Origin: an uncultured delta proteobacterium | GTDB taxonomy: Bacteria; Desulfobacterota; Desulfuromonadia; Desulfuromonadales; JACZKF01 | Reading direction: 5' to 3' | Assembly (NCBI GenBank): GCA_963816395.1 | Contig: CAWFKQ010000009.1 | Location: forward strand, 96,001-160,000 | Length of the DNA: 64,000 bases | Position numbers and translations under genes: made by a program | The notes under the pieces: model-generated | The model's input: only the letters and a program-made list of their open reading frames with translations | What the model was told of the DNA's origin: nothing | The model's database searches: none | Shown here: one piece after another, positions 1 to 11,083 of the stretch | Position numbering within the stretch: position 1 is the stretch's first letter | How the letters are laid out: the number at the start of each line of letters is the position of its first letter

Positions 1-690
1 CTTCGGTCCCTTCGGCTTGGTGATTCCGAAGCTGCGGATCTTCTTCACCAGGGCTTCCGTCTCCCGGACCGACAGATGCTTGTTCAGAACCTGATGCCGT
101 GCTTCCAGAATATCTTCTTCGTGCTCCAGGGAGAGTAAAGACCGGGCATGTCCCATGGAAAGCCGGGCGCATATCACATCCTCGCGCACTTTATCCGGCA
201 GACGCAGCAGGCGTAAAGAATTGGCGACTGTCGAGCGGTCTTTGCCTACTCGCCTCCCCACTTCCTCCTGGGAAAGATCGAACCCATCCATCAGATTGCG
301 ATAGGCTTCGGCTTCCTCGATGGGGTTGAGGTCTTCGCGCTGGATATTCTCGATCAGGGCCATTTCCAGGGCCCAGTCTTCGGAGACATCCTGAATGACC
401 ACCGGCACCTCGCGCAGCCCGGCCTTCTGGGCCGCCCGCCAGCGCCGCTCGCCGGCGATGATCTGGTAGTGGTCCTCATGCAGACGTACCACCAGCGGCT
501 GAATGATTCCCTTTTCCCGGATGGAGGCAGCCAGTTCGGCCATCTTCTCGTCATTGAAGGTCTTCCGCGGTTGACGACTGTGCGGACGCAAATCCTCGAT
601 GGGGCAAAGGAAATATTGCCGTCCACCCTCCTGTGTGGCTGAGTTCAGCAGGGCACCTATGCCCTTGCCGAGAGCGGGTCTTTTCACCAT
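1..690 (-). CDS. parB: ParB/Spo0J chromosome partitioning protein (3' end runs off window)
   Basis: Manual translation from ATG at 690 gives MVKRPALGKGIGALL...QPRKTF...GIIQPLVVR...IIAGERRWRAA...ENIQREDLNPIEEA...GKDRSTVANSLRLL. It lies directly downstream of parA. Confidence 0.95.
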   Translation of the reverse strand, partial: MVKRPALGKGIGALLNSATQEGGRQYFLCPIEDLRPHSRQPRKTFNDEKMAELAASIREKGIIQPLVVRLHEDHYQIIAGERRWRAAQKAGLREVPVVIQDVSEDWALEMALIENIQREDLNPIEEAEAYRNLMDGFDLSQEEVGRRVGKDRSTVANSLRLLRLPDKVREDVICARLSMGHARSLLSLEHEEDILEARHQVLNKHLSVRETEALVKKIRSFGITKPKGPK

Positions 691-691
691 A

Positions 692-1456
692 TCAATTTCC
701 TGCTTCGATTATTTCTTTTGCCAATTCAAGATAGGAAACCGCTCCCCGAGAGGCAATATCGTACAGGAGTACCGGTAGGCCATGGCTCGGGGCCTCGGAG
801 AGACGGACATTGCGGGGGATGATCGTCTGGAAAACCTGACCGGAGAAATGTTTCCGGATTTCCTCGCTGACCTGATGGGAGAGGTTGTTGCGGGCATCGA
901 ACATGGTAAGGACGATGCCGCGGATGCCCAGAAGCGGGTTGAGCTCCTTCTGGATCAGGCGGATCGTCTTCAACAGTTGGCTCAAACCCTCCATGGCGTA
1001 GTACTCACACTGCAGGGGAATCAGCACCGCGTCGGCGGCGGTCAGTGCATTGACTGTGAGGAGTCCGAGGGAGGGGGGGCAATCAATAATGATGAAATCA
1101 TAATCTTCACGGATCTCAGTGAGGACTCCCTGCAGTTTCTTTTCCCGAGCCAGTGCTGAGACCAGCTCAATTTCGGCGCCGATGAGGTCGGTATTGGCGG
1201 GAAGGATATCGAGATGCTGAAGGGTTGAACGGATCAGGATATCCCGGGCCGTAGCCTCGCCGAGCAGGGCATGATAGATGGTACGATTATGCCCTCCCTT
1301 ATCGACCCCCAGACCGCTGCAAGCATTGGCCTGCGGATCCATATCCACCAGCAGGGTCCGTTTTTCGGCGGCAGCCAGGGAAGCTGAGAGATTTACGGCG
1401 GTAGTCGTTTTTCCTACCCCGCCTTTTTGATTGGCGATGGCGAAGATCCGGCCCAT
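692..1456 (-). CDS. parA: ParA/Soj chromosome partitioning ATPase
   Basis: Deviant Walker A NQKGGVGKTT, plus IIIDCPPSLG and IPRNVRLSEAPSHG motifs. Confidence 0.97.
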   Translation of the reverse strand: MGRIFAIANQKGGVGKTTTAVNLSASLAAAEKRTLLVDMDPQANACSGLGVDKGGHNRTIYHALLGEATARDILIRSTLQHLDILPANTDLIGAEIELVSALAREKKLQGVLTEIREDYDFIIIDCPPSLGLLTVNALTAADAVLIPLQCEYYAMEGLSQLLKTIRLIQKELNPLLGIRGIVLTMFDARNNLSHQVSEEIRKHFSGQVFQTIIPRNVRLSEAPSHGLPVLLYDIASRGAVSYLELAKEIIEAGN

Positions 1457-1550
1457 TATTATGCGACTCCTTCAGAGCGGGAAGATTAACATACCCGGGC
1501 TGCCCTGGAAAGAAAAAAGAGCCTGCAACTATTCATTCTCACGCCCATTC

Positions 1551-2252
1551 TCACATCCTGTGGCCGTCCATCAGCGCCCCCCCAGATCCTGTGTTTCGTT
1601 TGATTTGCCGCAGGACTATCAAGGTGCGCTGGGCTGCCGAAAGCGGCAGCCACAGGCGTCGCACTTCAGTACAGGCCCAGCCTGTACCATGCAATTCCTG
1701 GAGGGACGCTTTCAGCTCCACGTCCCCTTCGGCGCCTTTCATTGCTATAAGAAAGCCGCCAGGGGCGAGGCAGGGATGGGCTAAGGCGGCAAAAGTGGAG
1801 ATGGAGGTGAAGGCCCTGGAGACGATGACTTCAAAACCGCCAGCCGCTGCCGGGTGCCGAGGGAGATCTTCCGCCCGCACCGCCAGGGCGGTAAATTCTT
1901 TCATCTCCAACTGGCGGGCGACGTGACGTTGAAAGGAAATCTTTTTCCCCGCAGCGTCGACCGATACCACTCGCAGTCCGGGGCGAGCCAATTTCAAGGG
2001 GATGCCAGGGAAACCTCCCCCGGAGCCCAGATCGAGGAGGCGTTCGTCCCCTTCTAGGAGAGGAAGGACGGTCAGTGAATCAACGAGGTGTTTCTCCAAA
2101 GCCTCGGTCGGATCGGTTATTGCCGTCAGATTGATGCGCCGATTCCAGCGCTCAAGTTCATCAATAAACCGTAATTGGGCTGGAAGCGTCTGCGGCGGCA
2201 CCGAAAGGCCCATGCCGGCCAGGAGCTCGGCCAGCAAAGCCAGACGCTCCAC
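1551..2252 (-). CDS. rsmG: 16S rRNA m7G527 methyltransferase RsmG (GidB)
   Basis: WNRRINLTAI, HLVDSL, LDLGSGGGFPGIPL and VSRAF motifs; position between mnmG and parA. Confidence 0.93.
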   Translation of the reverse strand: MERLALLAELLAGMGLSVPPQTLPAQLRFIDELERWNRRINLTAITDPTEALEKHLVDSLTVLPLLEGDERLLDLGSGGGFPGIPLKLARPGLRVVSVDAAGKKISFQRHVARQLEMKEFTALAVRAEDLPRHPAAAGGFEVIVSRAFTSISTFAALAHPCLAPGGFLIAMKGAEGDVELKASLQELHGTGWACTEVRRLWLPLSAAQRTLIVLRQIKRNTGSGGALMDGHRM

Positions 2253-2253
2253 C

Positions 2254-4119
2254 TTACCCTCGGCGCAGCAGAATGGCGAGAATGGCCACCGCCGCCGGGG
2301 TCACACCTGGAATCCGGGAGGCCTGACCCAGGGTCAGGGGGCAAACTTTTTTCAGCTTCTGTCTGCACCTCGGTGGACAAACCGGCTATTTCGTCGTATT
2401 CAAAACCTGGCGGGGATCATTTGTGATTCAGTGCGCCGGAAACGATCAATCTCCTCCTGCTGGCGACGGATGTAACCCTCGTATTTCACGCCGATTTCCA
2501 ATTGGTGCCGGACCTCAGGGGGAAGTGTTGCCAGAATGGGGGCAATAAAGAGCAGGTCCTCCATACGGATTTCCGGCCTGCGCAGGAGCATCTTCCAGTG
2601 AGGCGCCACTGTGCAGGTCCTTCACCGGCAACCGGGCGAGGGCCTCCTGGTCTTTTGATCCTATCCTTATTTTCCGCAGATACTCCTTTCCGCGGCCGAG
2701 GTCCTCCATTTTTCCGCAGAAGCGACGCCAGCGCTCTTCTCCGACTAAGACCTATTCTGCCGGCCAAGACCGGTAAGCCGCTGATCGGCGTTATCTTCCC
2801 GTAGCAGCAGACGGTATTCGGCACGGGAGGTGAACATCCGGTACGGCTCCTGCGTTCCCAAATTGACCAGGTCATCAATCAGCACCCCGGCATACCCCTG
2901 GTCGCGACCTATTACCACCGGATCTTGCCCTTGCACCTTCCGGGCAGCGTTGATTCCGGCTATCAACCCCTGTGCCGCAGCTTCCTCGTAGCCGGAGGTG
3001 CCATTAATCTGACCGGCATGGAAAAGTCCGCGAATCGACCTTGGTTTCCAGGGTCGGGAGGAGTTGGATAGGATCGACGTAATCGTATTCGATGGCGTAT
3101 CCTGGACGCATAATCTCCGCCCGTTCCAGCCCGGAAATCGAGCGCAAAAACGCTAACTGGATATCAGGAGGAAGGGAGGTAGAGATGCCGTTTGGATAGA
3201 TTTCTGCCGTATCCAGCCCTTCCGGCTCGAGAAAGATCTGGTGCCGTTCCTTGTCGGGAAATCGTACTACCTTATCCTCGATTGAAGGGCAGTAGCGAGG
3301 CCCCACCCCTTCTATCACCCCACCGTACAAGGGGGAGCGGTCCAGGCCGCCGCGGATGATCGCATGGGTTTGGGGGTTTGACCAGGTGATATGACAGGGA
3401 ACCTGCTGTCCGGTGATCCGGTCGGTATCAAATGAAAAGGGGAGGGGAGGGTCATCGCCGCGCTGCTCCTCCAGGAGGGAAAAATTGATACTGCGGCGGT
3501 CCAGACGGGGGGGGGTTCCCGTTTTTAGGCGACCCACCGTAATCCCCAGGGAACGCAGATAGTCAGAGAGACCCACGGCCGGCAATTCCCCGGCTCGACC
3601 CCCTGGATAGTGGTTAAGGCCGATATGAATCAGGCCACCAAGGAAAGTGCCGGTGGTAAGAATCACCGTTTCGCCGTGAAAAGCTATCCCCTCCCGGGTC
3701 TCTACCCCCAGAACAGCATCTCCGGTAAGCAATAGTTTCTGTACCGAACCCTGCTTGAGGTCCAGACCAGCGGTATTTTCAACCACCTTCTTCATCCGTG
3801 CGGCATACGCGCGGCGATCCGCCTGGGCACGCGAAGCGCGCACTGCCGGCCCCTTGCGGGTATTGAGAAGGCGGAACTGGATGCCGGTGGCATCAATATT
3901 CCTGGCCATCTCCCCACCCAGGGCATCGATCTCCTTCACCAGGTGACCCTTAGCCAAACCACCGATCGCCGGGTTACAGGACATCTGGGCTATCCCGTCG
4001 AGATGCAGAGTGAGAAGCAGCGTGCGGCATCCCATACGAGCCGACGCCAGAGCTGCCTCACAACCCGCGTGGCCGGCACCGACCACAATTACCTGATACG
4101 CTTTTTCGTGCCTGAACAT
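2254..4119 (-). CDS. mnmG: tRNA uridine-5-carboxymethylaminomethyl synthesis enzyme MnmG (GidA); split by several apparent indels
   Basis: [50 protein letters not shown] and KYEGYI motifs are spread over ORF pieces 3004-4119, 2745-2966, 2515-2709 and 2400-2609. Confidence 0.93.
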
Positions 4120-4149
4120 TTCGTCCTCAAACCTTCTGCCTACTCAGGA

Positions 4150-4165
4150 TGTTTCACGTGAAACA
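4150..4165. promoter_or_regulatory. parS: parS centromere-like site (ParB loading site)
   Basis: Perfect 16-bp palindrome TGTTTCACGTGAAACA matching the canonical parS consensus, in the mnmE-mnmG spacer near parAB and oriC. Confidence 0.93.
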
Positions 4166-4170
4166 GAGTA

Positions 4171-5551
4171 TCATTTACCGATACAGAATCTGGAGAAAAT
4201 TTTCTCCAAGATCTCCTCTGGAGTGGTTTCCCCGGTAATTTCTCCGAGCGCCTTCAAGGCGCAGCGCAGTTCGAGGGCAAGGAACTCGGGAGATACCCCT
4301 GCTGCAAGTGCGCTCGAAAAAGGCTTGAAGACTCTCCTGGGTGCGAACCAGGGCCTGAAAATGACGGCGATCGGACACGAGGATGGATTCGATGAGGTTT
4401 CCCTCTATCCCCGCCAAGAACAAGATCGCCTATCGCCTGCTGAAGGTCACCAATCCCCTCAGAGGTCAACGCAGAGACGGTTACCCTGGGTAACTGTTTG
4501 AATTTCTCCGGGAGCGGTGAATGGGGCAGATCCCCTTTATTGACAACCAGAATAAGGCGTGAGCCGCGGCAGGCTTCGAGGGCGAGAAAATCATCATGGT
4601 CCACGCCCCAATGACCGTCGACGACCAGAAGAACCAGGTCGGCTGCACCGATTTTGGCTCGGGCCCGCCGCACGCCTTCTGCCTCAATGGGTTCCTGGGT
4701 TTCCCGGATACCGGCGGAGTCGATCAACCGCAGAGGGAATTCCACACAGGTTTAGACTTTCCTCGATGGTATCGCGAGTGGTTCCCGGGACAGGGGTAAC
4801 AATGGCGCGGGTTTCACCGAGAAGGGCATTCATCAGGGAACTCTTGCCGACATTGGGCTTCCCGACGATCAACACGGCCATACCTTCCCTGAGGGTTCTC
4901 CCGGCGTCGAATGAAGTCAGCATACCGGCGATCTCAGAGGAAATACTACCGGCAGCCTGGGCCAGCATATCGCGGCTGGCGGTTTCTATCTCTTCCTCCG
5001 GAAAATCGATATGGGCTTCAACCTCAGCCAGAAGGTCGATTATTCGGGAGCGAAACCGGTGAACAGCCTGGGACAGTCGTCCCTCGAGCTGTTGTAGTGC
5101 AACCTGGCGGGATGCATCGGAGGCAGAGCGAATAAGATCAATGACGGCTTCGGCCCGGGCTCAGATCAAGACGGCCATTCAAGAAGGCGCGCAGGGTGAA
5201 TTCCCCAGGGCGGGCAAGACGAGCTCCGGATTGTATAAATAGGTCGAGAAGCCGGCGAATGACTTGGGGGCCGCCATGGCAATGCACTTCCGCGACATCT
5301 TCCCGGGTGTAAGAGCGGGGGGAGCGCATCAGGACCGCCATCACCTCATCGACCGGCTCACCGGAGGCGGAAACAGCCCAGCCATGATAGAGACGGTGGG
5401 ACTCTAGTGCACCGATATTACCAGTCGCGACAAAAAGCCCAAGGAGAAATTCTTCGGCCCGCGGGCCCGAGAGCCGAATAATCCCGATACCTCCCTCTCC
5501 CGGGGCAGTGGCGGGAGCAACAATAGTATCCTGTCGATTAACTTCGATCAT
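4171..5551 (-). CDS. mnmE: tRNA modification GTPase MnmE (TrmE); split by apparent indels
   Basis: [58 protein letters not shown] and C-terminal FSRFCIGK* motifs over several frames. Confidence 0.93.
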
Positions 5552-5591
5552 TTTTTGCCAGGGGCGGTGGACGACACAGTCCCGGCCGTTC

Positions 5592-7207
5592 TTACTTGTT
5601 CCGGTTGATGTAAAACTGCTGTCCAATGGTCAGCAGGTTGTTTACCAGCCAGTAAATGACCAGGCCAGAGGGAAAATTGAGAAACATAAAAGTAAAAACA
5701 ACAGGCATCAGCATGAAAAGTTTGGCTTGGGTGGGATCCATGGTGCTGGGAGTCATTTTCTGCTGAATGAACATGGTGGCCCCCATAATAATAGGGGTGA
5801 TATAGTAAGGATCTTTGGCGGATAAGTCGGTTATCCAAGAAATAGAACGGAGCGTGCCGCAGTTCGATGGAATTGAGCAGAACCTTGTACAGTGCAAAAA
5901 ATACCGGAATCTGGATCACCATCGGCAAGCACCCGCCGAGCGGGATTGACCCGATGTTTTTTATACAGTTCCATAATCTCCCGGTTCAGCCGCTCTCGAT
6001 CACTCTTGAATCTCTCCCGAAGCTTTTGCATTTCTGGCTGCAGTTTCTGCATGTTCTTCATCGAAGTATAACTTTTCTGAGTTAGTGGCCAGAAAAGCAG
6101 CTTGATGATCACTGTCAGAAGGATAATCGCGAGACCATAATTGCCGAGAAAATTATAGAAAAATTTAAGAACATGCAGCAGGGGCCTGGCAATGGGCGAA
6201 AAAAAGCCGAAATCAACTGCTTCGGACAGTTGATGGTCAACATCTTTAAGAATGTCAAGCTCACGCGGCCCAAAATAAAGCAGATAATTGAATTGGGCTT
6301 CTTCACCAACCGCCAAGGACCGATCAGGGGATTCCAGTATATTCAGGACTGAACCGTCAGATTTTTGAATCTGGGCTTTTTCGGCTGAATTCTCAAGGGG
6401 AACGATGGCAGCTAGAAAATATTTATTTCCGAAACCGGTCCAGACCAGATCCTGGCTATAGACTTTTGGGTTGCTCACCTATCTTGGCAATCGCATCCTT
6501 TTCGACTTTTCCCCCGACAAGTGTCGAGGCACCGACAAAGTCGTATCTGTCCCCTTTATCCCCTGCAGCCGAGGGGTTGAACAAGGGCAAGAGCGATGGA
6601 ACCCTTTCTGCGTGGCGTTGCCGCGGTTGCTGACCTGTATTTGCAGGTTAAAGGCGTAGCTGTCGCCGTGAAAAGTGTAAACCTTGCTCACAACCAGGCC
6701 CGAAGGAAGCGTAGTGGTAAAGGTTAGGTTGCGCTCCTGCCCATCGCCGACTTCAATCAGGTCGCCGGCAGGGGCGGCATAATAGGCATCTGCGGGTAAT
6801 TCGAAACCTTGCTCGCCCATGGTACGGAGGGTGGCATAACGCTCTGGAGCAGGGGCGACCAGATTAACCGCAGGGCCACCGCCAGGGGAGCTCCGATATT
6901 TTTTCAATTCAAAACTTTCCAGCCGGCCTCCTATATTAGTGAAGACCGCACGGAACAGCGTATTTTCAACGACAATGTTTCGCTCCACACCACTTGCCCC
7001 AGCGGGCGCGACAGGGGGAACGGCAGGCGACAGGGCCTTCTCCGACTCCGCAGGGCTGGTAGATTTGATAGCCTCAGGGGTTTGAGCATTATTCTGCCCG
7101 CTTGGCGGCGCCGGAAGATTCTCCCGCTGATGGGGGAAAAGAAAAGTGAAACCGAGCCAGACCACCAACATGAGAGCAAGGGCGATAACAGTATTTTTGT
7201 TTTCCAT
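5592..7207 (-). CDS. yidC: Membrane protein insertase YidC; split by apparent indels
   Basis: N-terminal TM, periplasmic domain, [24 protein letters not shown] and [13 protein letters not shown] in pieces 6479-7207, 5831-6478, 5548-5928 and 5592-5897. Confidence 0.93.
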
Positions 7208-7232
7208 CTACAGCTCCGGTTTAGTTTTTCTG

Positions 7233-7445
7233 CTACCGGACAGGATCGTACCCTCCGGGATGAAAGGGATGGCAGCGGCAAAGCCTGCCAAGAGCCATGA
7301 GAGATCCAGTCATAACCCCATGTCGCTCTATGGCTTCTCGGGCATAGCTGGAGCAGGTGGGATAAAAGCGGCAGGTTGGGATTTTAAGGGGAGAAATTAG
7401 ACGCTGATAAACAATGATAAGGAAGATAAAGACCTTTTTGATCAT
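7233..7445 (-). CDS. yidD: Membrane protein insertion efficiency factor YidD
   Basis: [18 protein letters not shown]...[13 protein letters not shown]; position between rnpA and yidC. Confidence 0.93.
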   Translation of the reverse strand: MIKKVFIFLIIVYQRLISPLKIPTCRFYPTCSSYAREAIERHGVMTGSLMALGRLCRCHPFHPGGYDPVR

Positions 7446-7800
7446 GTGGTGCCCGGTCCGCACGAGATTAGAATAGGGGTCAGTTCATCGCTGACCTGCT
7501 GCAAATTAAGCGCTGGCGAACCTCTTTTGGCTATAATGGAGATTTCGACTGGAAGGTTGATTCTCTGGCGATTAAGGCGGAAAAATTCTCTTACCAACCG
7601 CTTAACCCTGTTTCGTTTAACGGCATTTCCGACTTTGCGGCTGACCGTTATACCCACCCGCGACATCCATTGTCGCTGTGTACAACAACATAGACGATGA
7701 AGTGAGCAGTATGGATTTTACGCCCAGATTCCCGAAGGCGGCGGAATTCTTCAGATTTCAGCAGCCGAAAGTCGGAAGGAAAAATATTTCCGCCGCACAC
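7442..7800 (-). CDS. rnpA: Ribonuclease P protein component; one apparent indel near 7665
   Basis: N-part [20 protein letters not shown] (manual translation from GTG 7800) joins [28 protein letters not shown] (RNR motif). Confidence 0.9.
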
Positions 7801-7811
7801 GGAGGTGCCGA

Positions 7812-7961
7812 TTACTTATTGGGTATGGTTACGATCAGGTTCTTCCGCCCTTTGGCCCGCCGGCGCTTCAGCACAGCCTGCCCGTTCTTGGTCTGCATCC
7901 GGCTGCGGAATCCATGCGTTCTCTTCCGTCGAATCTTACTGGGTTGATACGTTCTTTTCAT
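7812..7961 (-). CDS. rpmH: 50S ribosomal protein L34
   Basis: Manual translation [49 protein letters not shown], below the ORF-track size cutoff. Confidence 0.96.
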   Translation of the reverse strand: MKRTYQPSKIRRKRTHGFRSRMQTKNGQAVLKRRRAKGRKNLIVTIPNK

Positions 7962-8068
7962 GATCTGAGAAACTCCCGTTTCATATTGACGCTGATTTGA
8001 GAAAGGGTACTATTAATCACATTTTTTTTTGGTTGTCAAGACCGAAAAAGATCTCGGGCACTCCCTAC

Positions 8069-8088
8069 CCTCTCCCTGCAGGGAGAGG
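8069..8088. repeat. 20-bp perfect palindrome (BoxC/REP-like) in the rpmH-dnaA spacer
   Basis: CCTCTCCCTGCAGGGAGAGG is its own reverse complement. Confidence 0.55.
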
Positions 8089-8107
8089 ATCCAAATCTAA
8101 AAATCTC

Positions 8108-8136
8108 TTGCAAATCCTGCCTGGCTCTGTTAGTTT
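8108..8136 (+). promoter_or_regulatory. Putative sigma70 promoter of dnaA
   Basis: TTGCAA-N17-TAGTTT with TG extended -10, upstream of the DnaA boxes and dnaA. Confidence 0.5.
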
Positions 8137-8197
8137 AGACCACTGCTGCATCCCCCAGCCCGGGGATGGAAGGCCGCATAAATAAAGGTTTAAATAA

Positions 8198-8229
8198 TTA
8201 TCCACACCTGTTAACAACTCTGTGGATAT
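8198..8229. promoter_or_regulatory. DnaA boxes upstream of dnaA (autoregulation / oriC left part)
   Basis: Perfect TTATCCACA at 8198-8206 and an oppositely oriented 1-mismatch TGTGGATAT at 8221-8229, in AT-rich DNA. Confidence 0.85.
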
Positions 8230-8293
8230 TTTATTTTATGGTGCCTTTTCCCCATCAGACTAAGAACCACTTTTCTTTCTTCCTATTACACCA

Positions 8294-9652
8294 ATGAACC
8301 GACTCTGGCAGGAAACTCTGGCTCACCTGGAGCAGATATTGAGCCCCCAGCACTTTGCCACTTGGGTACGCCCTATCCGATTGGTTAGTCTGGAAAAGGA
8401 CTTGGTGCGCCTAGAGGTTCCTAACCGTTTTATTCATGACTGGATCCGTGATAACTACTTAGGTCTTATTCGGGAAACCCTCTCCCGGATCGGTGCGGTC
8501 GCCTACCGCGTTCAGTTGAATATAGGTTCCCGTCAGACGGAAAAAGACCAACTGCCCCGATCCGAACCAGCTCCCAATCACCTACCCCCGCGACAAAAGC
8601 AAAAGAAGCACAGCCGAGAGAGTGGAACAATGTCGGCAACCTTAACATTAAATACGTTTTCGAAGAATTCGTCTCCGGATCCTCCAATCAGTTCGCTTTC
8701 GCGGCCGCAATGGCAGTAGCCAACAATCCGGCAACTACTTATAATCCCCTTTTCATCTACGGGGGCGTTGGCCTTGGGAAAACCCATCTTATTAACGCTA
8801 TTGGCAACGTGATTTTGCAGAAAAATCCGATGATGAAGGTATGTTACTATACATCGGAAAAATTTATGAATGAGCTTATCAATTCCTTGCGTTATGCAAA
8901 AATGGACGAATTTCGTAATAAATTTCGTTCCATGGACGTACTTCTAATTGACGATGTTCAATTTATTGCCGGAAAAGAAAGAACCCAGGAAGAGTTTTTT
9001 CACACATTCAATGCCCTTTATGAATCACATAAGCAGATCGTAGTCACCTCGGATAAATTTCCAAAAGAGATTCCGGGGCTTGAAGAACGTCTTCGATCGC
9101 GTTTCGAGTGGGGCTTGATAGCAGATATTCAGCCTCCTGATGTGGAAACCAAACAGGCCATTCTTAAATTGAAGGCGGAACAAAATGGGATGCTTCTTCC
9201 GGAGGATGTGGCGCTTTTCCTTGCCACCGCCGTTACTAGTAACATTCGTGAGCTAGAGGGATATCTGGTGCGCATAGGGGCCTATGCCAGTCTTACATCA
9301 ACCCCTATTTCCCTAAACATGGCCCGTGAAGTTCTAAAAGATATTCTGGTGGAAAAGACCAGGGAAATATCGGTAGAGGATATTCAAAAAACGGTTGGAG
9401 CACACTATAACGTCAAAGATATCCGACCTTAAATCCCCAAAGCGTCTCAAGGCGCTGGTTCTTCCGCGTCAAGTGGCGATGTACCTCGCCCGCCAAATGA
9501 CTTCCTCCTCCTATCCGGAGCTCGGTGATCGTTTCGGCGGGAAGGATCATTCCACAATTATCCATGCTATTAAAAAAATAGAGAAAAAAATGGAGGAGGA
9601 TTATCAACTCCGTTCCACCATCGACACCATCAGGAACGCCATCCTGAGTTAA
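8294..9652 (+). CDS. dnaA: Chromosomal replication initiator DnaA; two apparent indels (~8600, ~9420)
   Basis: Domain I (FATWVRP), [35 protein letters not shown] and the domain IV signature RQVAMYL...[12 protein letters not shown] across three frames. Confidence 0.95.
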
Positions 9653-9898
9653 CCCAGACCAACCGCCATTCCCTGTGGATGGTCCGGGAAAAAACCTGGG
9701 TGATACCCGGGGCAAAGCCATATAGGTGGTCAAATAATCAACCTCTGTCAACATCGAAGGAACCTTTTCGTCCACAGGCTAAGAGCAGGGGAAGAGGCAC
9801 TAAACCCTTCCCATCAACATATCCACAGGCATATATTACTACTATCTGAAAGAGCTTAAAACCATAATAGAAGATAGTATCTGTGAACAGGAGGACCC
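9653..9898. other. oriC: oriC (dnaA-dnaN spacer) with DnaA boxes and DnaA-trio unwinding element
   Basis: Degenerate boxes TGTGGATGG (9674), TCGTCCACA (9768), CCATCAACA (9811) and ATATCCACA (9819), then GGC, TAT-TAC-TAC-TAT (9834-9845) and AT-rich DNA. Gene orientation diverges at the rpmH-dnaA junction just upstream. Confidence 0.8.
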
Positions 9899-11020
9899 AT
9901 GCAGTTCACAATCGAAAAAGAAGTTTTCCTTAAGGGCCTCGCCAGAGTCCAGGGGGTTGTCGAAAAGCGCAACACCATTCCCATTCTCTCTAATGTTCTT
10001 ATCGAAGCCGATGGTGGCGGGGAAATTTTCCTGACAGCTACCGATCTGGAGGTGGGGATGAAATCTTCATTTCCGGCGACAGTGACATCCTCCGGTAGAA
10101 TTACAGTATCAGCTAAAAAAATATATGAAATAATAAAAGAACTTCCAGAGAAAGAGGTTTCTTTCAAAGCGAGGGAAAATTGTTGGATTGAAATCCGTTG
10201 CGGAAAGGCAGTTTTTAACATTGTGGGACTTTCAGCAGAAGAATTCCCGCATTTTCCCACTCCTAAAAAAGAACAATTCGTAGACATTTCCAGTGCAGCA
10301 ATCAGGGAGATGATTGAAAAAACATCTTTTTCCATGTCAACGGATGAAAGTAAATACAATCTAAACGGCATCTATTTCAAAGCTGTCCAAGATAACGGAA
10401 CAGAGATGCTGCGTTTAGTGGCTACCGATGGCCACCGACTATCTCTTATACAAAAGGTATTACCCGCCTCAAGAGTACCAGAGTTGCAAAAAGGAGTTAT
10501 TTTCCCCCGCAAGGGCATTTTCGAATTGAAAAAAATAGCGGAAGAGGGAGAAGGGGATCTGCAACTTGGCTTCATGGACAATAATGCGGTGGTTATTAAG
10601 GAACAGACCGTGGTAATGATGCGGCTGGTCGATGGAGAGTTTCCCGACTACACCCGGGTTATTCCCAAAGACAACGAATATGTGGCCCTTATACCCAAGG
10701 ATCCTTTTTTTCATGCTCTGCGACGAATGTCCATTGTTTCAAGCGAAAAGTCACGGGGGGTTAAAATACTTCTAAAAAATAACCTTCTCGAACTGTTTTC
10801 CTCCAACCCCGAGTTGGGCGACGCCAGGGAGGACTTTGAGGTAGATTATCAGGGGCCGGAAATATCCATCGGCTTTAATGCCCGCTATCTGATAGACATT
10901 CTCCAAGGGCAAGATGATCTGCAGGTACGCTTCATGATCAGAGACAATCTTTCTCCTGGTCTGATACGTCCATCGAAGGGGGAGAATTTCCTTGCGGTAA
11001 TTATGCCGATGCGTCTCTGA
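9899..11020 (+). CDS. dnaN: DNA polymerase III beta sliding clamp
   Basis: TIPILSNVL, ATDLE, VATDGHRL, GEFPDY, GFNARYL and VIMPMRL motifs; 373 aa. Confidence 0.97.
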   Translation: MQFTIEKEVFLKGLARVQGVVEKRNTIPILSNVLIEADGGGEIFLTATDLEVGMKSSFPATVTSSGRITVSAKKIYEIIKELPEKEVSFKARENCWIEIRCGKAVFNIVGLSAEEFPHFPTPKKEQFVDISSAAIREMIEKTSFSMSTDESKYNLNGIYFKAVQDNGTEMLRLVATDGHRLSLIQKVLPASRVPELQKGVIFPRKGIFELKKIAEEGEGDLQLGFMDNNAVVIKEQTVVMMRLVDGEFPDYTRVIPKDNEYVALIPKDPFFHALRRMSIVSSEKSRGVKILLKNNLLELFSSNPELGDAREDFEVDYQGPEISIGFNARYLIDILQGQDDLQVRFMIRDNLSPGLIRPSKGENFLAVIMPMRL

Positions 11021-11083
11021 TGAAAAGATGGAGAAGAGTCGATTAAAGTTTCATACCGCCTATAGCCTTCGGCACCCTTGAAA

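Noticed and set aside
5552..5591. Absence of jag between yidC and mnmE
   Set aside because: jag is absent from this cluster in many proteobacteria, so its absence is not informative.
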